A stretch of 64,000 nt of DNA from an uncultured Gemmataceae bacterium. Lineage in GTDB: Bacteria > Planctomycetota > Planctomycetia > Gemmatales > Gemmataceae. Positions 51,078-61,903 of the stretch are shown one piece after another; the stretch's first letter is position 1, and each line of letters begins with the position of its first letter. The DNA lies in assembly GCA_963750165.1 (NCBI GenBank), contig CAVVPN010000003.1, forward strand, positions 1,760,001 to 1,824,000, read 5' to 3'. Below the pieces are notes generated by a model. It saw nothing but the letters and a program-made list of their open reading frames with translations, did not search any database and had not been told where the DNA came from. Both the position numbers and the translations under genes were made by a program.

Positions 51078-52682
51078 TCAGTTCTTTTTCAGGATGACGC
51101 CCTCGTGCAGTTCCACATGGTCCCGCCCCGAGAAGGCACTCGCGTAGCCCTTGAACTGGAGTTCCTGGCCGACCTGCACTGACTGGAAGGTCATTTTCGA
51201 CCGCCCCGAACCGAAACACGGGCATTTCACCACCACGCGCACCGGCCGGGCAACCTTCTCCTTGAACCCCGCCAGTTGAAAGGTAAATTCCATCTCGTCC
51301 GATTTGGCGGCGACCACCGTGCCGGTGACGATGACCGGCTGATCGTTATATTTTTTGGTCGCAGCTTCCGGGCTGTCCACAAAGTCCTTCGTGAGCTGGG
51401 CGGCACTGACGCTGACCACCAGGTCTTTCCCCTTGGCCGTGATCTCACAACTGTGCAGAAGGCAGACGCCTTGCAGGCTGATAGACGACAGCTTGCCCCG
51501 GATAGTGACCGACTGGTTGCGGGAGAGGCGGTTGATGGCGTCTTCGTGCTTGAGGCTAAAGTTAAGCATGAGGATGTTGGGAGCCGCTCGCAACTCCACG
51601 TAGGGCTCGGAGGAGTCGCAGATCGCACGGGTCACGACGCCGGAGACCTCCAGGACTTTGCCCAGATACTTGTCCTTCGCCGCCGTCGGGTTCGCGAAGT
51701 ATTCCTTCGACAAATCCAGGTCGGTGATGGCGACGGCCGGCCCCGCGGGCGCCGGCTCGCCGCCGCCTGCCTGCTTGAGCGGCACCTCCGGCAGGACGTT
51801 AGAAATCACTTTCAGCCCCTCGTTGGGGGCTGTCTTGGCCATCCAAACCTTGACCGTCGGTGAGAACGTTCTTACGTCCGAGACATCGGATTGGCCGGCG
51901 TGAACGCCTTCCTTGTTGAGCGGTTCGTTCACCCGCACGCTGTACTGGAGACCCTTGAAAAGGATGACAAACCAGTATTCCGCCCCCGCCCGGGGACCGT
52001 CCTCAAATCGGTACGCGATCTTGTGGTCCAGGATCTTCGCGCCATCCGCCGCCGTGCGGACGGTGAGGGAAGTTTGCGTGAGAGTCACTTCTGTCCTTGG
52101 GCCGGTGTCCGGCGGCGGCTTTTCGGAGTTACCGCCCTTCTTCCCTGGGCCTGGTTTCGGGTTGATCGGCTTCTTGGCCTTGTCCGTCCCCGTGGCCTTG
52201 GCGGGATCGGCGGACTTGGACGGGAACATGTCGTTCCAGCGCATGGCGAAGACCACGCCCGCCACCACCAGCAAGATGAGCAGCACCCCGCCGCCGATGA
52301 GGTTGCGCGTCATCCCGGAACCGGCCTCGTCGTCACGCGACTGCTTGCCCTTCTTGCCTTTCTTCCGGGGCCGATCCTCTTCCTCGTCGTCTTCCTCATC
52401 CTCGTCCCGGCGGTTCACCGGTTTCTTCGCGGCGCTCGCCTTTTTCGCCGGCCGTGCCGGCGCCTCCTCTTCCTCATCCTCCGCGACGGCGGCGCGCGCC
52501 GGTTTTTTGGCCGCGACCTGCTTTTTCGGCGGCGGCGAGGCTTCCTCCAGGTCTTCTTCCTCTTCCGCGGGCACGCGCACGGTCTTCGTGCATTTCGGGC
52601 AGCGGATGAGCTTGCCGGCGAGCCCCGGCTTCGCCAGTTTCAGGGACGCCTGGCAGGCAGGGCAGGTCATCTGAATAGGCAT
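51078..52682 (-). CDS. Zinc-ribbon + acidic linker + TM + two tRNA_anti-like OB-fold domains
   Basis: CPAC/CPKC; LSKEYFAN..AAKDKY.GKVLEVSG and LTKDF..S..AATKKY....IVTG repeats. Confidence 0.75.
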   Translation of the reverse strand: MPIQMTCPACQASLKLAKPGLAGKLIRCPKCTKTVRVPAEEEEDLEEASPPPKKQVAAKKPARAAVAEDEEEEAPARPAKKASAAKKPVNRRDEDEEDDEEEDRPRKKGKKGKQSRDDEAGSGMTRNLIGGGVLLILLVVAGVVFAMRWNDMFPSKSADPAKATGTDKAKKPINPKPGPGKKGGNSEKPPPDTGPRTEVTLTQTSLTVRTAADGAKILDHKIAYRFEDGPRAGAEYWFVILFKGLQYSVRVNEPLNKEGVHAGQSDVSDVRTFSPTVKVWMAKTAPNEGLKVISNVLPEVPLKQAGGGEPAPAGPAVAITDLDLSKEYFANPTAAKDKYLGKVLEVSGVVTRAICDSSEPYVELRAAPNILMLNFSLKHEDAINRLSRNQSVTIRGKLSSISLQGVCLLHSCEITAKGKDLVVSVSAAQLTKDFVDSPEAATKKYNDQPVIVTGTVVAAKSDEMEFTFQLAGFKEKVARPVRVVVKCPCFGSGRSKMTFQSVQVGQELQFKGYASAFSGRDHVELHEGVILKKN

Positions 52683-53087
52683 GATCGATGCCCCGTTCTC
52701 AAGTGAAGGAGGGATTCGGGTACTGCGTTGGCGATGAGAGGAGTATACCGGATCGCTGCGGGGTTCCGCAAAAACGAAATGCTATTTTCCCCGAACGCCC
52801 GACCGGCGACGGGTCCGAGACGTGGATGGCCGCTCGCTGCCTCCTGGTGGGAAGTTCCCGTGGTGCTGGGTTGGGGTTGCGGGTAGGGAATCAGCGCTGC
52901 CCCAAGGTTGTCCGGGGTGTTTGTGACATGAAATGAAACGCAAGCCCTCCCTGGCACTATCTCCATTATACCGCCCAGGCCGCGCCTGGGGAACGGTCTG
53001 CAGCCGTTCGAGAGTGCCGTTGACAAAACCGCGGCCGCCGCTATGGAGTCGCTCCAGTCCTCCGCCCCGTCCCAGGAGACCCGACCG

Positions 53088-54271
53088 ATGGTCCGTCGCG
53101 TTCTCGTGCTCGCCGCCTGTGCCCTGGCGGTCCCCCTGGTGCTCGCCGGTTCGCTGGCGCGGACCCGCCGTTCCGCTACCCCGAGGGCAAGTGTGGCACC
53201 GGCGAACTCAAGTACCGCAACGGCGTGCCGGTGCTCACGGTTTCGGGCACGCCGGAGGAGATCGGCAGCGCCGCCGGCGTGCTGGCCCTGCAACCGGGCA
53301 AGCGCATCGCCCGTTACCCCGAGGAAATCCTCAAGCGCTTCTGTGTCGGCTTCCTGTGGGGCTCCGTCGTCAAGGCCGGCCAGACGATGGTGGAGCAATT
53401 CCCCCCCGACTACCGCAAGGAGCTGGACGCCCTGGCCGTCGCCGGTCAACCCATCGGCATCACCCGTGAACAGCTGATCGCCGCCAACACGCTGTTCGAC
53501 CTGAAAAAGATCGTCGCCTGTTCCGCCCTGCTGGTCGAGCCCGGCCGCAGCGCCACCGGCGGCCCGTTGCTGGCCCGCAACCTCGACTTCCCGACGCTCG
53601 GCTATTTGCAGGAGTACAGCCTGGTCACCGTCTACCGGCCGCGGGACGCGAAACACGCCTTCGCCACCATCGGCTTCCCGGGCGTGATGGGCTGCCTGTC
53701 CGGCATGAACGACGCCGGCCTGACGGTCGCGGTCCTGGAAGTGACGCAGGTGAGAGTCGGTGAATCCTGGTTCGACATCAACGGCGTGCCGTACGCGCTG
53801 TGCTACCGCCGCGTTCTCGAAGAATGCTCGACCATCGACGAGGCTCACACGCTGCTGTCGCAGATGAAGCGCACGGCCCTGAGCAATCTGGTGGTGGCCG
53901 ACAAGCAGGGCGTGGCAGTGTTCGAGATCACGCCGCAGCGCGTGTTGGTGCGCCGCGGCCCGCACGGGGCCAGTGTCTGCACCAACCACTTCTTATCGGA
54001 CGAGCTGCGGCCGCGCGTGCAGTTGAACTTCTACAACACACTGGACCGCTTCACGGCGCTGGAGCGCGTGGCGCAGATGGATCGGCCGCTGGGCACGGCG
54101 GAACTGCACGTGGCCATGCACGCGGTCAGCCACCCGCTGGACACGTTGCAGACGATGATTTTCGAGCCGGCGACGCTGCGGCTGCACCTGGCCATGGGCA
54201 TGACGCCGTCCTCCGGGGCGGAGTTGCACGTGCTCGACCTGGGGCCACTGCTGGCGGGGAAGCTGGATTGA
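53088..54271 (+). CDS. Peptidase C45 / Ntn-hydrolase (acyltransferase) family; frameshift ~53159
   Basis: GGAG RBS, signal peptide, CSAL nucleophile, ARNLDF, SGMN.AGL, CTNHF. Confidence 0.88.
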
Positions 54272-54292
54272 GTCCGGCGGCGGGAGGGGTGC

Positions 54293-54373
54293 AGCGCGCT
54301 AAGCCGCAAGCGGCAGGCCAGATGGAGGTGGAGCGCGAGCCCATCTGGCCTGCCGCTTGCGGCTTAGCGCGCT
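54293..54373. repeat. 33-bp perfect inverted repeat between convergent ORFs
   Basis: AGCGCGCTAAGCCGCAAGCGGCAGGCCAGATGG and its reverse complement. Confidence 0.85.
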
Positions 54374-54379
54374 TAATGT

Positions 54380-54729
54380 TCACTTGGCGGAGCCCTCCGC
54401 CTTACGGGCCTCGTCCGCCAGCCCCAGCTGCGTCGCCTTGCGGAGCCGGCCGGTGGCGTTCAATTCGTCGAGCGCCTGCTTGACCAGCATCGTCTTCCGC
54501 ACCGCCCCCGGGCCGATCAATTTCGCCTTCTGGCCCATCTCCTCGGCCGCCTGGCGGGCCGCCTGCTGGTCGTTGTTCTGCAAGGCCGCTTCCAGGTCAT
54601 CATTCAAGCTCTTGAACTCGATCTCATCGATATGCTTCATCACCTCGCCGTTGGCGGAGCCGTGGCCCACCGCGGTGTAGCACACAGGCGGTCCAGCAAG
54701 GTCACCCGGGTTGCGGGCCAGTCGGACAT
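54380..54729 (-). pseudogene. Chimeric remnant: ECF-sigma-like N-terminus joined out of frame to a helical C-terminal fragment of another gene
   Basis: GGAGG + MSDWPATRVTLLDRL (54729-54685), then a different frame YTAVGHGSANGEVMKHIDEIEF...ARKAEGSAK. Confidence 0.5.
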
Positions 54730-54809
54730 ACCAGTCACCCTCCGGAAGGTAGAACGGGCCTCGGCGGCAATGCTTACAAGAAAAAGATCGCGCGGTCGCA
54801 AGCGGCTTA

Positions 54810-54930
54810 TACCAAATCGCCTTGATCGTTCTGGTTTCGAGTCCGAGCCCGAGCGTCAGCGCGGGGCAGACTTGGCCCCGCGCTGACGCTCGGGCTCCGA
54901 CCCACCAATAACTTTCATGGCGATTTGGTA
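54810..54930. repeat. Family A palindrome (54841-54902) within terminal inverted repeats TACCAAATCGCC/GGCGATTTGGTA
   Basis: Outer 12-bp inverted repeat; compensatory CGTCAG/CTGACG change in the inner stem. Confidence 0.8.
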
Positions 54931-55065
54931 TTAGCGCTCTGCAACCCGCCCGCCTTCCCCAGCATACCGCGGCTGCAAAGCGCTCTAGCCACGGCCCGCC
55001 GCTTCTGGCATCATTTCCCCCGCTTTGCCCCGAACGGACTCGGGGCCGCCGCGACAGGGAGTGTC

Positions 55066-56076
55066 ATGCCGGCCGCGACCGCCGAACCTCCGCCGCCCCG
55101 CCGTTGGCGCCGCCGCCTGCGCCGCGCCGGCGCCTGGCTGCTGCTCGCCGCCGCCCTGGCCGAGAGCGGCCGCGTGATCTTCGGTAACAACTTCCACACC
55201 GTCATCCCCGGCCGCGTCCACCGCTGCGCTCAACCGTCGCCGCGCGACCTGGAGGCGGCCGTCCGCGACCACGGTATTCGCACCGTCGTCAACCTGCGCG
55301 GGTGTTGCAGCGAGCATCCGTGGTATCTGGCCGAGAGCCGCACCACGCACCGGCTCGGCGTCTGTCAGGAAGACGTCTGCCTGTCCGCCGGCCGACTGCC
55401 GCCGACCACCGAAATCCGCCGCCTCGTGGAAGTGCTCGACCGCGCCGAGTACCCGCTGCTGCTGCACTGCCGCCGCGGTGCCGACCGCACCGGCCTCGCG
55501 TCCGCCATCGTGACACTGCTGCAAACCAACGCCTCGGTCACCACCGCCAGCCTGCAGCTGGGCGTGCGCTATGGCCACTTCGCCGTCGGCCGGCCGTCGG
55601 CGCTCGATTCCTTCCTGCAACTCTACCGGGAATGGCTCGACGATCAGGGCCAGAAGCACAGCCCGGCGCGCTTCCGCCGCTGGCTGGTCGAGGACTACAA
55701 CCCCGGCTCGCTGGCCTGCGCCATCGAGCGCATCGGCCCCGAGTCACTGGTGTTGAAGGCGGGCGAAACGTCAGCGGTCGCGGTGCGGGTGCGCAACATG
55801 TCGCTGCGGCCGTGGCGGCTGTCGCCGCTGCTGGTGGCCGGCACACACGTCGGCTTCCATGTCTGGAACGACCGCGACGAACTGGTCGTCAACGGCAAGT
55901 CCGGGCAGTTCGACGCCGAGGTGCGGCCAGGACAGGCGCTCACGCTGACGGTGCCGCTGCCGGCGCTGCCGCCGGGACGCTACCGTCTGCTGGTTGACAT
56001 GGTCGATGAGCGGCAGTGCTGGTTTTTCCAGGCCGGCTCCGAACCGCTGGAAGAGGAGTTGACCGTCCGTGAATAA
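55066..56076 (+). CDS. Tyrosine/dual-specificity phosphatase family protein with C-terminal Ig-like domain
   Basis: HCRRGADRTG (CX5R), RCAQP, TVVNLRG; PGRY.L.VDMVDE...WF. Confidence 0.9.
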   Translation: MPAATAEPPPPRRWRRRLRRAGAWLLLAAALAESGRVIFGNNFHTVIPGRVHRCAQPSPRDLEAAVRDHGIRTVVNLRGCCSEHPWYLAESRTTHRLGVCQEDVCLSAGRLPPTTEIRRLVEVLDRAEYPLLLHCRRGADRTGLASAIVTLLQTNASVTTASLQLGVRYGHFAVGRPSALDSFLQLYREWLDDQGQKHSPARFRRWLVEDYNPGSLACAIERIGPESLVLKAGETSAVAVRVRNMSLRPWRLSPLLVAGTHVGFHVWNDRDELVVNGKSGQFDAEVRPGQALTLTVPLPALPPGRYRLLVDMVDERQCWFFQAGSEPLEEELTVRE

Positions 56077-57064
56077 GACCACCCTTCGCGTCCTGGTCAC
56101 CGCGGTGCTGCTGGCCGTCCTCGCCTGCAAGACGGACTGGCCGCAAGTCTTCGCCACCTTCGCCCACCTGCAAGCGGGCTGGTGGCTACTGGCGGTCGCG
56201 CTGCTGGCGGTTACGCAGGTCGTCAGCGCCTGGCGCTGGCAGGTGATCGCCCGGCCGCTCGGCTTCGCCCGGCCGCTGCGGCAGCTGACCGGCTTCTACT
56301 ACATCGGCATGTACTTCAACCTGCTGCTGCCCACGTCGGTCGGCGGCGACGTGGTGCGGGCCTGGTATCTCGATGGCCATAGCGGCAAGCGCCTGCCGGC
56401 GTTCGCTTCCGTCTTCCTGGACCGCCTCAGCGGTCTGGTGGTGCTGCTGATGATGGCGTGCGTCGCGGTGTTCCTGTCGCCGCTGCAACTGGAGCCGTGG
56501 GTGGTGTGGTTCACCTACGGGGCGGCGGCCTGTGCCGTGCTCGGGCTGACGACGGCGCCACTGCTGGCTCAGCACAGCGCGAAGGCCGCGGGCCGGCTGC
56601 GGCGGCTGCGCGGCGCGCTGGCGGCGCTGCGGTCGCCGCGCGTGCTCGCCGGCAGCACGCTACTGTCGCTGTTCGTGCAGGCGGCCAACGTGGTGGTCGT
56701 CTGGCTGGTCGGCGTCGCCATCAGCGCGGACATTCCCTGGACCTACTACTGGATTCTGGTGCCGATGGTGTCGCTGCTGACGCTGGTGCCGGTCAGCGTG
56801 GGCGGCGCCGGCGTCCGCGAGAACGCCATCCCGCTGTTCCTGGCGCCGCTGGGCATCGGCGATCGCGTCGCGGTGCCGCTGGCGCTGCTGTGGTTCGCGG
56901 TCTGTGCGGCGACCAGCCTGATAGGCGGCGTCGTCTACCTTTGCGGTCATTTCCCCAAACCCGAGGCGCCGGCGGCGCTGCCGGACGAGGAGCAAGCCGA
57001 CGATGGATCTGTCGATCGTGATTCCGATCAAGGACGAACGGGACAATTTGGGGCCGCTGCTTGA
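56069..57064 (+). CDS. Lysylphosphatidylglycerol-synthase TM (flippase-like) protein
   Basis: SAWRW, FNLLLPTSVGGDVVR, DRLSGL, PVSVGGAGVRE. Confidence 0.9.
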   Translation: MNKTTLRVLVTAVLLAVLACKTDWPQVFATFAHLQAGWWLLAVALLAVTQVVSAWRWQVIARPLGFARPLRQLTGFYYIGMYFNLLLPTSVGGDVVRAWYLDGHSGKRLPAFASVFLDRLSGLVVLLMMACVAVFLSPLQLEPWVVWFTYGAAACAVLGLTTAPLLAQHSAKAAGRLRRLRGALAALRSPRVLAGSTLLSLFVQAANVVVVWLVGVAISADIPWTYYWILVPMVSLLTLVPVSVGGAGVRENAIPLFLAPLGIGDRVAVPLALLWFAVCAATSLIGGVVYLCGHFPKPEAPAALPDEEQADDGSVDRDSDQGRTGQFGAAA

Positions 57065-58052
57065 GCAGCTGCACGCCACCCTCGGCCCTGTGGGGCAGGC
57101 TTTCCAGCCTGCCGTAGCACCCGGCAGGCTGGAAAGCCTGCCCCACGAAAGAGGCAGACAGGAATGTCTGCCCCACGGGAGTTACGAAATCATCTTCGTG
57201 GACGACGGCAGCACGGACGGCTCCTTCGCGGTGATGGAGGCGCTGGCGCTGAGCGACCCGACAGTCAAGGTGGTGCAGCTGCGCCGCAACTTCGGTCAGT
57301 CGGCGGCGCTGCAGGCGGGCATCGACTACTCGCAGGGGGCGGTGCTCGTCACAATGGACGGCGACCTGCAGAACGATCCGGCCGACATTCCACGGCTGCT
57401 GGCCAAGCTCGACGAGGGCTACGACGCCGTGCTGGGCCGCCGCAAGAAGCGGCAGGACGCCCTGTGGGTGCGCAAGGTGCCGAGCCTGCTGGGCAACTGG
57501 TTGATCCGCCGCGTGACCGGCGTGACCATCAAGGACATGGGCTGCACGCTGCGGGCGCTGCGTCGCGACCTGGCCGAGGCGCTGCCGCTGTACGGCGAGA
57601 TGCACCGCTTCGTGCCGGTGCTGGCGCAGCAGTACGGCGGCCGTCTGGTGCAGATCGACGTGGCCCACCACCCACGCACCGCCGGCAAGACCAAGTACAA
57701 CCTGACGCGCACCTTTCGCGTCGTCCTCGACCTGATTACGGTCAAGTTCCTGCACAGCTACCTGACCCGGCCGATGCACGTCATGGGCCTGGCCGGGCTC
57801 TGCTGCATGGGGCTGGGCTTCGTGTCGCTGCTGACGACCATCGGCATGAAGTGGACGCTGGGCACGTTCATGACCGGCAACCCGTTCCTGTTGCTGAGCG
57901 CGCTGCTGGAGCTGATCGGCGTGCAGTTCATCTCGATTGGCTTGCTCGGCGAGGTGCTGACGCGGACGTATTTCGAGAGCCAGGGCAAGAAGTCCTATGC
58001 GGTGCGGACGACGCTGAATGTGGACACCGGGCCGCGACGGCACGCGGCGTGA
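57003..58052 (+). CDS. GT2 polyprenol-phosphate glycosyltransferase (ArnC/GtrB-like) carrying an in-frame REP insertion
   Basis: LSIVIP, VDDGSTD, RRNFGQ, MDGDLQNDP, HRFVP, two C-terminal TMs. Confidence 0.93.
   Translation: MDLSIVIPIKDERDNLGPLLEQLHATLGPVGQAFQPAVAPGRLESLPHERGRQECLPHGSYEIIFVDDGSTDGSFAVMEALALSDPTVKVVQLRRNFGQSAALQAGIDYSQGAVLVTMDGDLQNDPADIPRLLAKLDEGYDAVLGRRKKRQDALWVRKVPSLLGNWLIRRVTGVTIKDMGCTLRALRRDLAEALPLYGEMHRFVPVLAQQYGGRLVQIDVAHHPRTAGKTKYNLTRTFRVVLDLITVKFLHSYLTRPMHVMGLAGLCCMGLGFVSLLTTIGMKWTLGTFMTGNPFLLLSALLELIGVQFISIGLLGEVLTRTYFESQGKKSYAVRTTLNVDTGPRRHAA
57090..57176. repeat. Three GTGG-type REPs inserted in frame (29 codons)
   Basis: REPs at 57090-57113, 57123-57146 and 57153-57176. 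Confidence 0.9.
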
Positions 58053-58064
58053 TCGGGCGCACGG

Positions 58065-58592
58065 TCAGGAACCGCGCGTGACACTGCGGACGACGTTCGC
58101 GAAGCCGATGAGCATCAAGATGAACGGCAAGAGCCAAAAACCGCCCACTGCGAGGCAGCTAAAAAACCAAACGCCGCCGATCAGCATCACGCAGAGGCTG
58201 CTGATGAGTTCGCGGTCTATGCGAGAGCCGCCGCCGTGCGAGAGGCGTTCTTCCTTGCTGGGGCGCGACCGCTGCCGCGACTTCCGCCGTACCCACCGCT
58301 CCACCGGCCGCTCCTCCTCCAGGCGCAGCGGCGGGACGTGCGGCTCGATGTCCATGCGGCGCGGCGGCAACGGCGGTGGCAACAGTGGCGACGGCGGCGG
58401 ACCCGATCGTGGCGCCGGCTCGGGCGGCAGTTCTTCCAGGTCCACCGTCAGCGCCGCGTCCGCCGCGGGACGGGGCTGGCCCCCCGGGACGAACTGCACG
58501 CTGCGGCAGTTGGGGCAGCGCACCTGTTGCCCCGCTAATCCGTCGTTGACGAGCAGCCAGACGCCGCACGAGCACTTGATGTGAAAGTCCAC
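58065..58592 (-). CDS. Zinc-ribbon membrane protein
   Basis: GGAGG + GTG; CSCG...CPNC; Pro-rich linker; two C-terminal TMs. Confidence 0.75.
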   Translation of the reverse strand: MDFHIKCSCGVWLLVNDGLAGQQVRCPNCRSVQFVPGGQPRPAADAALTVDLEELPPEPAPRSGPPPSPLLPPPLPPRRMDIEPHVPPLRLEEERPVERWVRRKSRQRSRPSKEERLSHGGGSRIDRELISSLCVMLIGGVWFFSCLAVGGFWLLPFILMLIGFANVVRSVTRGS

Positions 58593-58669
58593 GGCGACCT
58601 CCGTTCTCCGGCAGCCGATCCGCACCGGTTCAGGACGCGAATCGTAACCGGGCGCGCAGAGGTCCGCAA

Positions 58670-61600
58670 TCATTTCTGCCAGAGCCGCCGCAGCTGTTCC
58701 GCCTCCAGCGGCAGGTAGCCGCGCTCCGGATCGATTCGGCTCGCGGACAGCAGTTCCGCCAACCGCACCAGCTCCGCCACCGGCCGGTCCTCGCGGCGCA
58801 CGCGCGCAGATCACCTGCCCGCCGGCCGCCCCCTCCATGTAGACGGTGCAGCCCTCGCGGTTGAACGCCGCATCGCGGGCGATGCAGCGAATCTGCAACG
58901 GCGGCGTGATCGGCTCGGCGGTCTCGGCGTCCCAGACGCGCACCGTCTCGTCGTCGCTGGCGGTCAGCACCAGCTTGCCGTCCGGATGGAAAATCACACG
59001 CAGGACGGTGCCGTGGTGCCGCAACGGCGGCGCCAGCAACTGGCCCGTCGTGGCCGACCAGATCCGGCCGGTGTTGTCGTCGCTGCCGGTGGCCACGCGC
59101 TTGCCGTGCGGGCTGAACGTCACCCACACCACCGCACTGCTGTGCTGCAGCGGCGGCCCCACCGGCTTGCCCGTCACGGCGTCGGAGACCTGGGCGGCGT
59201 CGCTCGGCAGCGCCTTGACGATGAGCTTGCCGTCCGGGCTGCGCGCCTCGGTGTGGCGTGCGATGAGCTGCGCCTCGCAGGGCTTTACGCCCCGATCCTC
59301 GGGGTCGGTGAAGTGCGGCGTCAGGCGCCACAGGCGGGCGACATGGTCGCTGCTGGCGGTCAGCACGTGGCGGCCGTCCGGGCTGAAGTAAGCGCTATTG
59401 ACGCCGCCGTGGTGCGGCAGCCACGGCGGCTTGAGGCGCCCCGTGGCCGCGTCCCACAGGCGCACGGTATTGTCGTCGCTGGCGGTGACCACCCAGCGGC
59501 TGTCCGGGCTGAACGCAGCCTGGTTGACCCCGGCGGAGTGCCGCAGGGGCAGCGTCCACGGCTGGCCCGTGGCCGCGTTCCAGACGCGCGCCGTGCGGTC
59601 ATCGCTGCTGGTCACGATCCAGTAACCGTCCGGCCCAAAGGCGGCGTGCGTTACTGCCTGCTTGTGCAGCAGCGGCGGCACCAGTTCGACGCCGCTGGAC
59701 GCGCTCCACAGCCGGGCCGTGCGGTCGCGGCTGGCGGTGAGCACCTTGCGGCCGTCCGGGCTGAAGGTTGCCTCAGTCAGCGGGGCGGTGTGCTTCAACG
59801 GCGGCGTCCGCGGCTTGCCGGTGGTAGCGTCCCACACGCGCGCCGTGTGGTCGTCGCTGGCGGTCAGCAGCCGCTTGCCCAACGGCGAGAACTGCGCCTG
59901 CGTCACCGTCGCCGCGTGCGGAAACGTCACTGGCAGCCGCGTCCCGGTCGCCATGTCCCACAGTTTCGCGGTGTGCTCCGCGCCGCCAGTTGGGCCGGCG
60001 GTGGCCAGCACCTGGCCGTCGCGGCGAAAGGACACCTCGGTCACCGCGGTGCCATGCGGCAACGGCGGCGTCAGCGGCTTGCCGGTGCCGGACTCCCAGA
60101 CGCGGGCTGTGCCGTCCTTGCCGCCGGTGGCGATGCGGCCACCGTCCGGACAGAACACGGCGACGGCGACGCCACCGGGATGCGTCATCGGTTCCCCCAG
60201 CTGCCGGCCGCTGGCCACATCCCACAGGCGGGCGCCGTCGTCGCCGGCGGTGAGCACGCGGCGGCCGTCGGGGCTAAACAGGGCCACGCGCACCGCGCCG
60301 TTGTGGAACCACAGTTGCTCCAGCCGTGGGCAGCGGTCGAGCACTGCCGCCAGGCGCAGCCGGTGCATCTCCTCGCGCTCCGGTCGGCCCTCGTCCAGCC
60401 GCAGCGCCTCGGCGAACCAGACCAGCGCCCCGAACCAGTCGCCGCTGTCGAGCAGGTTGGCGCCGTTGGCGACGTTCAGCCGCACCAGACGCTGCCGGCT
60501 CTCCTCGGTGCGCATCTGCGCCACCTCCAGCGCCTGCTGCAGTTTCGCGTTGTAGACGAAGCCCGCCGCGATGAACACGGCCAGGCCCACGACGCAGACG
60601 ACCGCCAGCGCCGCCAGCGCCGGCCGCCGCCGCGCCCACTTCCAGGTGCGGCCCACCACGCCCACCGGCCGCGCCTTGATCGGCTCGCCGTTCAGGTAGC
60701 GGCGCAGGTCATCCGCCAGTTCCGCGGCGCTGGCGTAGCGCTTGCGGAAGTCCTTCTCCAGACATTTCAGCGTGATCGTTTCCAGGTCGCGCGGCACCTT
60801 TGGGTTGAGCCGGGTCGGCGCCGTCGGCTCCTGGCGCGAGACCATCAGCACCACTTCCAGGGCGGTGTCGGCCTGGAACGGCGGCCGGCCGGTGAGCAGC
60901 GTGTACAGGATCGCTCCGAGCGCGTACACGTCGGTGTGGGTGCCGAAGTCCTTGTGCCGGCCCTCGGCCTGCTCGGGGGCCATGTACATCGGCGTGCCGA
61001 CGACATCGCCGGTCGCGGTCGGGCCGGCGCTGGAGTCGAGGCGCTTGGCCAGGCCGAAGTCGGTGATTTTCGGTGTGCCGCCGCTGGTCAGCAGCACGTT
61101 GGCCGGCTTCAGGTCGCGGTGGATGATGCCGCGCTGATGGACCGCCTGCACGGCGCGGGCCAGCGCTTCGAGCAGCTCCGCGGCCTGGCGCGGCGGCTGC
61201 GGTTCGCCGGCGATTTTCGTCTCCAGGTCCGGGCCGTCGATGTACTCCAGCGACAGGTACGGCCGGCCCTCGTTCTCGCCGATCTCGTAAATCTGCACCA
61301 AATTGGGGTGCTGCACACTGGCGACCGCCTCGGCCTCGTCGCGAAAGCGGCGCATGGCCCCGGAGCCGGCGTGGGCACCGCTCAGGATCATCTTCAGTGC
61401 TACCAACCGGCCCAATCCCTCCTGCCGCGCCTTGTAGACGACGCCCATGCCGCCGCGACCGATCTCCGCCAGCAGCTCGTAGCCAGGCACACGGATCTGC
61501 TCGATGGCCAGCGTGGCCGGGTCGCCCAGAATCAGGGTCGGCGCCCAGACGGTGTTCTGCGCGTTCGCGGGCGGCGTGTCCGCTGAGGCCAGCCGTTCGG

Positions 61601-61892
61601 TGCGTGCCCCGGGCTGCGTGCGCATGAGCTGGCGCACGCGGTACAGGTCGCGCAGCTGGGCCTCGTGTTCGGGGAAGCGGCGCAGCAGTTCGTCGAGCAT
61701 CGGCTCGTCGCCGAGTTCCTCGCGCAGCACCAGCTCCTCGTGAACCAGGTCCAGCAGCGCCACGGCGTCCTGGCGCAGCTCGGGGTGGCGCTCCAGGTAG
61801 GCTTCCACCGGCACACGCTCGCCGCGCTGCCAGCACTGCCGCAGATCCTGGCGCAGCTGCGCCAGCAACTCGCCCTGTGTGGGGACAGTCAT
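58670..61892 (-). CDS. Hanks-type Ser/Thr kinase fused to WD40 repeats; frameshift ~58801
   Basis: GRGGMGVVY, VALK, HRDLKPAN, DFGLAK, YMAPE; TM; many FSPDG/TAS.D.TAR.W repeats; repaired tail ends ...RRLWQK*. Confidence 0.92.
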
Positions 61893-61903
61893 GAACATCT
61901 CCT

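Noticed and set aside
26353..54271. Widespread pseudogenisation of frameshifted genes
   Set aside because: Each gene has only one or two single-base indels with all motifs intact, more consistent with sequencing error
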